DNA of 59,301 bases from an uncultured Gammaproteobacteria bacterium (GTDB lineage Bacteria; Patescibacteriota; Microgenomatia; Woykebacterales; RBG-16-39-9b). The position numbers and the translations under genes were made by a program. This document shows, piece after piece, positions 19,565-28,351 of this stretch. How positions within the stretch are numbered: position 1 is the stretch's first letter; every line of letters begins with the position of its first letter. Location of the stretch: NCBI GenBank assembly GCA_964349395.1, contig CAYGGA010000004.1:1-59301 (forward strand). The letters run 5' to 3'. A model generated the notes under the pieces. It worked only from the letters and a program-made list of their open reading frames with translations. It was not told where the DNA came from and made no database searches.

Positions 19565-20275
19565 TTAAAACTTCTTAAGGATATTTTTCTCTGCTCTTCT
19601 TTTGGCCCATTTGGGGGCAAAAAGATATGGATTGGCAATAAATAGCCCACCAAAGACAAGGGTGAAAGCAATCGCAATTAGAGTGACAGCCGAGTCATAA
19701 ATCCCCGAGTCAGGTAAAGCTGCCCCACTAGCAGTCGTGCCAGTATCCCCACCCCCAGTAGTAGTGGTTCCTGAGGCGGCTGCAGCAGAGATAGTGTAGC
19801 TGCCATTTTTCAGAGCGGTGAAATTTAAAACATCAGTGCTATCTGTGCTACTGATGACTCGGGAGTCAGAAGTAAAAGTCAGAGTCGAGGTACCAGCCTG
19901 TTTGGCGCGCAGATTTAGAGTGGCCACCAAACCATTGGTCCCAGTGTAACCATTACCGCTAGCTGCCCCAGTAATATGAATCGTGCCATTTAAATTATCC
20001 GGCTCATTTTCTGTAAAAATAGTGGCCACTGACCCAGAAGTGCTTATAGAGAGAACTTCTAAGACATTGGGATCAAAAGTAAGATAGGCTTTGATGGTAT
20101 TAACAGCTTCACCGGCAGTATTTACGCGGATCTCCACTGAGAAAAGGTTATCGACTTTTTTAGCGGCCGTCAGAGGGGATAAGTCTAAAGTAGCATTACC
20201 AACTGCTAGAGCGGGAGCAGCACTAAAAAGGGAAAGTATTAGTGAAAAAAGGACAGCAGTAAGTTTTTTCATCAT
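19565..20275 (-). CDS. Secreted cohesin-domain protein with LPxTG-like (LPDSG) sorting signal
   Basis: Signal peptide ending AxA; cohesin-like beta-sandwich (LTFDPNVLEV, ATLNLRAK); T/G linker; LPDSG-TM-basic tail. Confidence 0.78.
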   Translation of the reverse strand: MMKKLTAVLFSLILSLFSAAPALAVGNATLDLSPLTAAKKVDNLFSVEIRVNTAGEAVNTIKAYLTFDPNVLEVLSISTSGSVATIFTENEPDNLNGTIHITGAASGNGYTGTNGLVATLNLRAKQAGTSTLTFTSDSRVISSTDSTDVLNFTALKNGSYTISAAAASGTTTTGGGDTGTTASGAALPDSGIYDSAVTLIAIAFTLVFGGLFIANPYLFAPKWAKRRAEKNILKKF

Positions 20276-20372
20276 TGGCCTGTTTTACCTAGGCGCAGAA
20301 GTTTTCTTGCAAGAAAACTTCTCTTAATAAATATATCAGTCAGTATACTAAGTAGTCAAGCGGTGCCCTTTA

Positions 20373-21134
20373 CTACCGTTTGGATTTGAATAATCCTTCA
20401 AAGATCTTGAAGTCGGTTTGGTCGACTTGACCGTCTTTATTCAAATCAGCCGGAGAATTGGTTGTTTTGGTACCCATCACTTTAGAAAAAAGGTGCAAAT
20501 CTTGTTCATCTACTTTAGAATCTTTATTCAAATCAGCACTCAAACTAGCAGAGGGGGTACCCTCTTCCTTTGTACCATTGGCCCCTTCCACATTAAAAGT
20601 AGCTGACCTCATTGCCGTGAGAATATTTTGGGCACTGCCTTGCTCAGTAATTTTAGTCTCTCCTTCTACAAACTTTAAAGTTGCCGTTCCGTTTTTCTTA
20701 GCTTGGAGTTTAATAGTTCCAAAAACACCTGCCCCTTTAAAAGGAGTAAAACTATTAATTGATAAGTAAATCTTATTACCCTCAACTTTGTTGGCCAAAA
20801 TTAAAGGTTTATCAAAAAAGCTTCCGGGCTGAGTTTGAACTCCACCAATATCTCGCCTTTGATCAACCACAGAAAAAACGGTGTTATCAAAACTAATCAC
20901 ACTGTCACTACCAACAATACTTTTGCCATTGGTATTGAGAAGAATTTTTATTTCTACTTCTGCTCCTCTGACAATGGTGCCTGAACTTGGATCAAAGGAA
21001 AAAGAAGCTCCTTCGCTGTCGGCCTTTTTTCTTGGGTCTAAATTACCTTGGAGCAATAAAACAGTCAAAGGAATGGCAATAACTAACAAAATAAAAGTAA
21101 TGATTAAGAGTAATTTTCGCCGCGTAATAAGCAT
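20373..21134 (-). CDS. Cohesin plus dockerin domain protein
   Basis: N-terminal TM ending AIPLTV...DPRKKA; cohesin-like domain; duplicated Ca-binding loops DLNKDSKVDEQD and DLNKDGQVDQTD. Confidence 0.82.
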   Translation of the reverse strand: MLITRRKLLLIITFILLVIAIPLTVLLLQGNLDPRKKADSEGASFSFDPSSGTIVRGAEVEIKILLNTNGKSIVGSDSVISFDNTVFSVVDQRRDIGGVQTQPGSFFDKPLILANKVEGNKIYLSINSFTPFKGAGVFGTIKLQAKKNGTATLKFVEGETKITEQGSAQNILTAMRSATFNVEGANGTKEEGTPSASLSADLNKDSKVDEQDLHLFSKVMGTKTTNSPADLNKDGQVDQTDFKIFEGLFKSKR

Positions 21135-21203
21135 AGGTTTTCTTTAAATTAACAAAGCTTGATCTTTTCCTGTGCTCAGATTTAGCATAAAGTTAGTATA
21201 TTT

Positions 21204-21398
21204 CTAATTACTTCTCTTTTCCAATCTTTCCAAAATCTGAGGATTAAAATCAGGACGCAATTCTTGGGTGTACTTGGCGTCGACATTTTCAAACGCGACA
21301 CCGCTTTTTTGCAAACGGTTGATTTGATAAATTCCCCACGATAACAAGGTAATTAGGGTTAAGATTAAAACTACAATTGTTGGTTTTGAAACTTTCAC
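21204..21398 (-). CDS. Small bitopic membrane protein (PilP position)
   Basis: Single N-terminal TM; overlaps the pilO stop. Confidence 0.55.
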   Translation of the reverse strand: MKVSKPTIVVLILTLITLLSWGIYQINRLQKSGVAFENVDAKYTQELRPDFNPQILERLEKRSN

Positions 21399-22027
21399 TC
21401 GGTTACCCCCACTGTTTTTTTGTCTGCAACCTCAGGTGAACCGTAAAAATAAGTTCGCGCTGCCAAAACTAATTTCAATTCTCCGCCAGTCTCTTTTTTA
21501 GCAGTAAAAGTAGCCGACGTAATATCTGTGAAGCGGCTCAGAGTTTCGAGCTGGTTCAACGCTTGTTTTAAGTTTTCAAAACTTCCTGAAAGAGCCAGGT
21601 TGTAATTTACCGGGATGAGTTGGGGCGGCCGTCCTTTTGAACTACTGATAAGTTGGGTTTCGTCCATTGTAATATTGGAAATAACTGCCAAGCTTCCCTG
21701 AAGTTCCGTCTCCAGGTTTTTGAGATACTCGGCGATTGATGCACTATTTGGTAAGGAGGTATCAATGGTAGTCAAACTTTCCTGCAAACTACCTAAATAT
21801 TGTTTGGCACTATCTAAATTGGTGATCTTTTCTGATAAAAGTTTATCAATCTTGCGATTGGCAGTCAGCTGACTGTTTAAGTCTAAAAGATAAAAAACTG
21901 CGGGGTAAATCATCAATACTAAAACAATCAGAGTGACCAAAGTCACCCCCAATCCTAGATAATTTTTTCTCTGCGGAGTGTCAAAATAACTGGCGTAGTT
22001 TTTTACTATTCCTGGGTAAGAAATCAT
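21395..22027 (-). CDS. pilO: Type IV pilus assembly protein PilO-like
   Basis: TM, coiled coil, LP motif, ferredoxin-like SGSFENL...RFTDI. Confidence 0.8.
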   Translation of the reverse strand: MISYPGIVKNYASYFDTPQRKNYLGLGVTLVTLIVLVLMIYPAVFYLLDLNSQLTANRKIDKLLSEKITNLDSAKQYLGSLQESLTTIDTSLPNSASIAEYLKNLETELQGSLAVISNITMDETQLISSSKGRPPQLIPVNYNLALSGSFENLKQALNQLETLSRFTDITSATFTAKKETGGELKLVLAARTYFYGSPEVADKKTVGVTE

Positions 22028-22665
22028 GGGGTACCCCCTTCTGTCTCATTAGATACGGTTGGGGCAGTGGAGCTAGATACTGGAGCTTCGATTCCGGCGC
22101 GCACTATCCCAGGTTTTAGTGTGGCTGAGGCCGTGAAAAGATAAAAAGGTTGGGCAGAAGTCGGCACGGACAGATTGGTAATGTCTAACTCCTGAAATTT
22201 CTGAGAGCTATTTAAGGAAGAAATTAGGGTTTGCAAAGATCCAGGATTCGGTAAACTGCCGGAAATTGTGAGTTTACCTCCTTCAAGCTTAATCTCATCT
22301 AGTAAGGCATCTGAAGGTAAAAGCGTGAGCAAATCAGCATAAAAACTATAGGAATTGGAATGAGAGTCTAAAAGGTCCCCGATTCTCTCTACTTTGGCTT
22401 GATAGTTACGGAAGAGATTCTCACTTGAGGCTTTTGTATCAATAATCGCCTTTTTATCGACAATGGATTCTTTGAGATTGTTTTTATCAATGGTGAATTT
22501 GACACTTAAAGCAAAAATAACCAGGGCGACAATTTCAGTAACAATCACTAAAGTCCGACCTACCCCTAAAAGCCAGTGTACTAAAATGGCTGCACTTCCT
22601 TGCCCATCACTAGTCGGGATGAGATTAATGTCTAAGTTTTGGAGAGTGTGGGCAGTTTTGGCCAT
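22024..22665 (-). CDS. pilN: Type IV pilus assembly protein PilN-like
   Basis: DINLIP (INLLP-type PilM-binding) motif, TM, coiled coil, ferredoxin-like domain. Confidence 0.8.
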   Translation of the reverse strand: MAKTAHTLQNLDINLIPTSDGQGSAAILVHWLLGVGRTLVIVTEIVALVIFALSVKFTIDKNNLKESIVDKKAIIDTKASSENLFRNYQAKVERIGDLLDSHSNSYSFYADLLTLLPSDALLDEIKLEGGKLTISGSLPNPGSLQTLISSLNSSQKFQELDITNLSVPTSAQPFYLFTASATLKPGIVRAGIEAPVSSSTAPTVSNETEGGTP

Positions 22666-22667
22666 GG

Positions 22668-22976
22668 TTAGGATTTACTAGTAACTTTTTTTGCCCTAGG
22701 TTTCTTTTTTACAGGCGCCGCAACTGTCTTTTCCGGCTTTAGTTCTTTGAGCAAATGAGCGAGCCTACTTTTTTGACGAGCTGCTTTATTTTTGTGAATC
22801 AAGTTTTTCTTGGCAGCTCTATCCAGGGCTGACATAGCATTCTGGAAATCCGCACTAGTGCTGGTTTTTTTAGCTTTGGCAATCACGGTTTTGAGATTGG
22901 TTTTCATAGCTAAATTGGACTGAGTTTTCTTAACATCAGCGCGCATTTTTTTAATTGCATTTTTTAGAATCGGCAT
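22668..22976 (-). CDS. rpsT: 30S ribosomal protein S20 with Lys-rich C-terminal extension
   Basis: MPILKNAIK...LDRAAKKNLIHKNKAARQKSRL; ATG at 22976. Confidence 0.93.
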   Translation of the reverse strand: MPILKNAIKKMRADVKKTQSNLAMKTNLKTVIAKAKKTSTSADFQNAMSALDRAAKKNLIHKNKAARQKSRLAHLLKELKPEKTVAAPVKKKPRAKKVTSKS

Positions 22977-23136
22977 CTTTTCCTTTTTTTGAATTTTGAT
23001 AATTGTTTCTAATTGAAGCAAAGCTTGGCTTTTCAAGCGCGTGCTTTGTGTCCGAAGGACCGAGCTTAGCTCCTATTCGGATTTTATCATAATCTCTCGG
23101 TTGTACGCAACCTGATGATGCACTATACTTTTTAGG

Positions 23137-24831
23137 ATGAAGAATCTGCTTAAAAGTAGCACCTCGCTTCTCTTCCGTCGGCAATCTTCCATCCTCTCTG
23201 CGGCTATCATCATGATGATTTTGATGTTGGCCTCCAGAATTTTGGGACTTATCCGTAATTGGGTATTGGCTGGAAGTTTCGGAGCGGGTAAAGAACTAGA
23301 TATTTATAACGCGGCCTTTGTCTTGCCCGACTTACTCGCCAATATTTTGATTACAGGGGCGCTCTCAGTTGCTTTTATTCCCGTCTTTACCACTTTGATT
23401 ACGGATAGAAAAGAAAAACAAGCTTGGGAGATGGCCTCCACACTGATTAATGCCTCAATCTTTATTTATCTGCTTGCTTCCTTCTTTTTTATTATCTTTG
23501 CTCCCTTTTTCGCCCGATTGCTCGTCCCTGGTTTTACCCATGATCAACAAAATGAAGTCTCCAATTTAATGAGAATGCTAATCTTTGCGGAGTTATTTTT
23601 AATTGTTGGGTCTTTTCTCACCTCAGTTTTGCAGAGTTATCACCGGTTTATTGTCTCGGCCATGGCACCTGTAGTCTATAACTTAGGAATTATTCTAGGT
23701 ATCATCTGGCTTAGCCCTCACTTTGGTATTTATGGGGTGGTAGTGGGGGTTATTTTTGGGGCGATTTTGCACCTTTTAATACAACTGCCCATTGTAAAAG
23801 GGCTAGGGTTTCACTACCAAACCGTTCTTAATTTAAAAGATTGGTCAGTCTTGAAGGTAGCTCGACTTTCTCTTCCTAGAGCGGCCGGCGTGGGGTTATC
23901 ACAGCTGGAATGGGTAGTGAGTGTCTTCTTGGCTTCTTACTTATTGTCGGGGTCAGTAACGATTTTAAAATTTGCCTCGGATTTGCAGAATTTCCCGATT
24001 GGTTTGTTTGGTATCACCATCGCGACTGCTTCCTTGCCCACCTTATCGGGTGAATGGGCCACTAATAATATTAATCATTTCAAAGCTACTTTTCTCTCTT
24101 CCCTGCACCAAATTCTTTACTTAGCTGTGCCTCTGAGTGTTATTTTGATGGTGCTGCGTATTCCAGTGGTGCGTCTGGCTTTAGGTAGTAGCGGTAAATT
24201 TACTTGGGAAGATACAGTTTTGACCGCAGTTACTTTGTCTTTTTTTGCCGTTGGTGTTTTTGCCCAAGCTGGTTATCTACTAGTCGCCCGGGCATTTTAT
24301 GCGATGCATGACACCGTCACCCCCTTGCGAGTCTCGGTAGTTTCGCTACTAGTGCATATTCTTTTAAGCACCTTTTTTATTTTTCAACCAACGGTCGCGG
24401 AAGAGTTTAAAGTCGCCTCGTTAGCTATCTCCTCGACCATTACGAGCACTATTGCCTTTCTGCTCGCCCTCTTTATTCTTAGTAAAAGGGTAGGTGGTTT
24501 TGATTCTCAAAGGCTGTATTTACCCGCGGCCAAGATTTTTGTCGCCTCCATCGTGATGGGGATAGTACTCTACTTACCTTTGCATATTCGTTTCTATGAT
24601 CGGTACTTGATTGACTATATTATTGATACCACTAGAACTTTGAATCTCTTTTTCTTAACGGCTAGTGTTGGGGTAGTTGGTTTAGTGGTTTATTTCCTGT
24701 TGACCTGGTGGTTCAAGAGTGAAGAGCTGAAAACCTTCTTAAAATTGCTAAACAAACTGCGCGGTTGGCAGAAAGCCTTTAAACTAGATGAGCCTATCGA
24801 TGGCGCCTCTACTGATAAAAGAGCTGGTTAA
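23137..24831 (+). CDS. murJ: Lipid II flippase MurJ
   Basis: SRILGLIR, AFVLPD, AFIPVF, PIGLFG, RAFYAMHDTVTP; many TM segments. Confidence 0.93.
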   Translation: MKNLLKSSTSLLFRRQSSILSAAIIMMILMLASRILGLIRNWVLAGSFGAGKELDIYNAAFVLPDLLANILITGALSVAFIPVFTTLITDRKEKQAWEMASTLINASIFIYLLASFFFIIFAPFFARLLVPGFTHDQQNEVSNLMRMLIFAELFLIVGSFLTSVLQSYHRFIVSAMAPVVYNLGIILGIIWLSPHFGIYGVVVGVIFGAILHLLIQLPIVKGLGFHYQTVLNLKDWSVLKVARLSLPRAAGVGLSQLEWVVSVFLASYLLSGSVTILKFASDLQNFPIGLFGITIATASLPTLSGEWATNNINHFKATFLSSLHQILYLAVPLSVILMVLRIPVVRLALGSSGKFTWEDTVLTAVTLSFFAVGVFAQAGYLLVARAFYAMHDTVTPLRVSVVSLLVHILLSTFFIFQPTVAEEFKVASLAISSTITSTIAFLLALFILSKRVGGFDSQRLYLPAAKIFVASIVMGIVLYLPLHIRFYDRYLIDYIIDTTRTLNLFFLTASVGVVGLVVYFLLTWWFKSEELKTFLKLLNKLRGWQKAFKLDEPIDGASTDKRAG

Positions 24832-24868
24832 TTTTGCATTATTGCACAAAATCACTTAGAATTGGTAA

Positions 24869-25708
24869 GTGGGCAGACCGAAAGTTGCTATTCCTAAAGA
24901 TGAACTCCACAAACTTTATTGGGAAGAGAAATTATCTCCGATAAAGATTGCTGTTTTATATAAGTGCAACCCAGTAACAGTCAGAACGCGAATTCGCGAA
25001 CACGGTTTAGCCACCCGTTCAAAGTCCATGGCGCAGATGCGTTATGAAAAGTATGATTTTTCAGGAGACGAAATTGAGAAAGCATATCTAATTGGTTTTA
25101 GATTAGGAGACCTAAACGTTTATCAAACTAGTGAAAGGTCGGAGCTAATCGTGGTGCGTTGTAATACCACACAACAGGCGCAAGTAAAACTAATAACAGA
25201 TCTCTTTTCTTCATACGGAAAGGTAACTCTTTCGCGAGGAAGTTATAGTACTAACATAAACTGTTTTTTAAATACCTCGTTTTCGTTCTTATTACCGAAG
25301 AGTACCGAGATACCAGAGTGGTTGGGACTAAATAAACTAACCTCTGCCGCTTTTACAGCAGGCTACATTGATGCAGAAGGAAATTTTATTCTAAACCAAG
25401 GAAAAGCAAGATTAAAAATTGATTCTTACGATAAAGAAGTCCTTCATTGGATATCTAACTGGTTGAATAAACAAGGTATAAACGTTAAAATTCGACGCAT
25501 TGCAAAACTTGGTGACATACAAAAAGGATCGATGTTGTTTAATAAAGATCTTTGGAGATTAAATATTAACGACGCCCCATCACTATTAAGGTTTATAAGT
25601 ATAGTGAAACCGTTTATTAAACACGAGACACGTTTAAAACATATTATGATTTGTGAAGATAATATAAAGCAGAGAACTCTTAAAAGAACAATTTACAATG
25701 CTAGATAA
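24869..25708 (+). mobile_element. Free-standing LAGLIDADG homing endonuclease with N-terminal HTH
   Basis: Motifs AYLIGFRLGDL and AFTAGYIDAEG; N-terminal HTH (LSPIKIAVLYKCNPVTVRTRI); overlaps the lepA start by 11 nt. Confidence 0.82.
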
Positions 25709-27464
25709 AATTAGGAACTTCGCAATTTTGGCACACATAGACCATGGTAAGTCGACCTTAGCAGACCGTATGCTCGAAATCACGGGTACGATTGCCAAAG
25801 ATAAAATGAAAGAGCAGCTCTTAGACACCATGGATATTGAAAGAGAACGGGGGATTACTATCAAACTCCAACCCGTGCGCATGCAGTTTAAAGGATATGA
25901 GCTGAATTTAATCGACACTCCGGGACATGTGGATTTTACTTACGAAGTTTCTCGTTCTTTAGCCGCGGTGGAGGGGGCAATTTTATTGGTAGATTGCACG
26001 CAAGGGATTGAAGCCCAGACTCTTTCCAATGCTTATTTAGCCATTGACCAGGGGTTGACCTTGATTCCAGTGATCAACAAAATTGACCTCCCCAATGCCC
26101 AGGTGGAGAAAACCACCCAAGATTTGATGTCTACTTTTGGTTTTAAGGAAAGTGAGATCTTGCAAGTATCCGCTAAAGAAGGTACCAATGTCGCCTCATT
26201 ATTGGACAGTGTTATCGGTCTGGTGCCACCTCCCAAAACGACCACGACTGATTTTCGGGCTTTGATTTTTGATTCCAATTTTGATTCTTTCAAAGGCGTT
26301 TTGGCTTACTGTCGCGTCATGGACGGGGAAATAAAAGCCGGCAGTGATATTGTTTCTTCGGGAACCAAACTAACTGCTAAGGTCTTGGAGGTGGGGATTT
26401 TTAATCCACAATTATGGGTAGTTGAGAGTTTAAAAGCAGGTGAGATAGGGTATATTGCCACGGGTCTAAAAGATGTCTCGCTCGTGCGCGTCGGTGACAC
26501 TTTAGCTAAAAGTGGTGAAAAAGCCTCTCCTTTAACTGGTTACCGGGAAGTCAAACCCATGGTTTTTGCAGGTATTTACCCGGTGGATAACCAAGAATAT
26601 CCTCAGCTGAGGGAGGCCTTAGAAAAACTAAAACTCAATGATGCGGCCTTGCAGTTTACACCCGAAAATTCTATTGCTTTGGGGTTTGGGTTTAGAGTGG
26701 GCTTTTTAGGACTGCTCCACCTTGAGATTGTCCAAGAAAGACTAGAAAGAGAATATAATTTAAATCTGATCACTTCGGCTCCCACGGTAGAGTACCAAAT
26801 TACCACCACCAAAAAAGAAGAGTTGGTGGTGGACTCCCCCTCCGAGCTGCCTAAAAAAGAACTAATTATGGAAATTAGAGAACCTTGGGTCAAGGGTAAT
26901 ATTATTGTACCGAGTGGTTATTTGGGGACGATCATGCAGCTGGTGACTGACCACCGGGGGCGAGTCAGCGACGTAAACTATATGGGAGATAGAGCCCAAG
27001 TGGTCATTGAAATCCCCTTGGCAGAAATTATCACCAATTTTTATGACCAACTCAAATCAAATACCTCTGGGTATGGGTCTTTTGATTATGAAATCACCGG
27101 CTTCACCCCTGTGAAAGCCGATAAACTAGATATTTTAGTAGCCGGGGAGATAGTGGACGCTTTAGGAATGATTGTGGTGAGTAGTAAGTCAGCGTCAGTG
27201 GGTCGAGATTTAATTGATAAACTAAAAGATGTCATTCCCAGGCAAAATTTTGCTGTCAGTTTACAAGCCGCAATTGGGGGAAAAATAGTGGCTAGAGAAG
27301 ATATCTCCGCTCTCAGAAAAGATGTGTTAGCAAAAATGAGTGGCGGTCACCGAGAGCGTAAGGATAAATTGTTGGAAGCCCAGAAAAAGGGTAAAAAGCG
27401 TTTAAAGAAGTTCGGTCGAGTAGAGATTCCTCAGGAAGCCTTTTTAGCCATAATGAAAAGTTAA
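25698..27464 (+). CDS. lepA: Elongation factor 4 (LepA)
   Basis: IRNFAILAHIDHGKST, ERERGITIK, DTPGHVDF, NKID, GFLGLLH, KLLEAQKKGK. Confidence 0.98.
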   Translation: MLDKIRNFAILAHIDHGKSTLADRMLEITGTIAKDKMKEQLLDTMDIERERGITIKLQPVRMQFKGYELNLIDTPGHVDFTYEVSRSLAAVEGAILLVDCTQGIEAQTLSNAYLAIDQGLTLIPVINKIDLPNAQVEKTTQDLMSTFGFKESEILQVSAKEGTNVASLLDSVIGLVPPPKTTTTDFRALIFDSNFDSFKGVLAYCRVMDGEIKAGSDIVSSGTKLTAKVLEVGIFNPQLWVVESLKAGEIGYIATGLKDVSLVRVGDTLAKSGEKASPLTGYREVKPMVFAGIYPVDNQEYPQLREALEKLKLNDAALQFTPENSIALGFGFRVGFLGLLHLEIVQERLEREYNLNLITSAPTVEYQITTTKKEELVVDSPSELPKKELIMEIREPWVKGNIIVPSGYLGTIMQLVTDHRGRVSDVNYMGDRAQVVIEIPLAEIITNFYDQLKSNTSGYGSFDYEITGFTPVKADKLDILVAGEIVDALGMIVVSSKSASVGRDLIDKLKDVIPRQNFAVSLQAAIGGKIVAREDISALRKDVLAKMSGGHRERKDKLLEAQKKGKKRLKKFGRVEIPQEAFLAIMKS

Positions 27465-27497
27465 AAAGAAAAAGCCCCAGAAGTTTTCCGAGGCCTT
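27464..27497 (-). terminator. Intrinsic terminator (GCCTC-core family, copy B)
   Basis: Minus strand AAGGCCTCGG-AAAACTT-CTGGGGCTT-TTTCTTTTT. Confidence 0.65.
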
Positions 27498-27528
27498 ATT
27501 GGTTGCAATTTGTGTCAGTAGGTTATCT

Positions 27529-27702
27529 CTACCTTGAGTGTCTACTGTTCTCCCAGCTCCTAGAACGTTTGGACAACCTGGCGTCAAATTTTGCCAGATT
27601 TTGGTCCCTCTTTCTCTGTCTCTCCGCCTCTCTTTCCCTACATTTCTTGCACGGACAACCTGGGGACGTTTCTTCGTTCCTATTGTAACCCCCGCCGACC
27701 AT
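27529..27702 (-). CDS. Small basic protein with CxCxxC motif (57 aa, below ORF-track cutoff)
   Basis: Hand-translated: MVGGGYNRNEETSPGCPCKKCREREAERQRKRDQNLAKFDARLSKRSRSWENSRHSR; GAGGTG SD; lies between two related terminators. Confidence 0.6.
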   Translation of the reverse strand: MVGGGYNRNEETSPGCPCKKCREREAERQRKRDQNLAKFDARLSKRSRSWENSRHSR

Positions 27703-27744
27703 ACTACACCTCTTTCCTTTGTAGTTAGATGTAATTATACACCC

Positions 27745-27777
27745 AAAGAAAAAGCCCCAGGTGTTTTTCTGAGGCTT
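27745..27777 (-). terminator. Intrinsic terminator (GCCTC-core family, copy C)
   Basis: Minus strand AAGCCTCAG-AAAAACAC-CTGGGGCTT-TTTCTTT; homologous to copy B. Confidence 0.65.
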
Positions 27778-27782
27778 AGGGT

Positions 27783-27992
27783 TTAGCTGAGGGTGATCGT
27801 CCAGACTCGCAGTCGCTCTTGAGCAATGCGGATAGGTACGCTATAAAGTTGGGCAAATTCCTTGAGCTGACGCTCCAACTCCTCTAAGGTTTTTGCCGAA
27901 CAATGACCAGCAGGTAGTAATCCCACCACATCCCCGCGGTAGTACCCTGCTTTGTTGGGATCAGGATAGACAAGGGCGGTGAAAGTTAGCAT
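27783..27992 (-). CDS. HicB-like antitoxin N-terminal domain protein, no HicA partner
   Basis: FTALVYPD...GYY...GLLPAGHCSAKTLEELERQLKE resembles the HicB RNase-H-like pattern; AGGAGAG SD. Confidence 0.55.
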   Translation of the reverse strand: MLTFTALVYPDPNKAGYYRGDVVGLLPAGHCSAKTLEELERQLKEFAQLYSVPIRIAQERLRVWTITLS

Positions 27993-28009
27993 CCTGCTCT
28001 CCTTCCTGA

Positions 28010-28273
28010 TTAATTTGAGGATTGTGTTTTGTCATCTTGGGGACTTGTTTTGGACACACTCAAAGTCAAGCTGTGAGCATAAACCAAAAGTCCAAAGATG
28101 GCCACCAACCCTACAATCGAGATAACTCCCACGCTTTCCCAGCTATTCATGAGAGAAAGGAAGCAAAGAGCTATAGCAGCCAGTAGTGCCCACCGGAGCC
28201 AAAACTGCCATTTCTCTAGTTTCTTGATCCTGGGATTTTTAGTCACCACAACTTCCCCTTTCTTTCTTTTCAT
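28010..28273 (-). CDS. Small 2-TM orphan membrane protein
   Basis: Basic N-terminus then two hydrophobic helices; ATG at 28273 preferred. Confidence 0.6.
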   Translation of the reverse strand: MKRKKGEVVVTKNPRIKKLEKWQFWLRWALLAAIALCFLSLMNSWESVGVISIVGLVAIFGLLVYAHSLTLSVSKTSPQDDKTQSSN

Positions 28274-28289
28274 TATTATACCAAATCTC

Positions 28290-28318
28290 TTGACATCTGT
28301 TAGCACTCGTAGTATAGT
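28290..28318 (+). promoter_or_regulatory. Sigma70 promoter of the hrcA operon
   Basis: TTGACA-17 nt-TATAGT. Confidence 0.8.
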
Positions 28319-28326
28319 TTTGCTAA
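28300..28326 (+). promoter_or_regulatory. CIRCE operator (right arm degenerate)
   Basis: TTAGCACTC-N9-TTTTGCTAA versus consensus TTAGCACTC-N9-GAGTGCTAA; overlaps the -10 upstream of hrcA. Confidence 0.8.
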
Positions 28327-28351
28327 ATTCCTACCTAAAAGGAGCCAGAAT

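Noticed and set aside
24832-25708. Group I intron or intein hosting the LAGLIDADG gene
   Set aside because: murJ and lepA both look complete, flanks are too short for a ribozyme core, and there are no intein terminal motifs.
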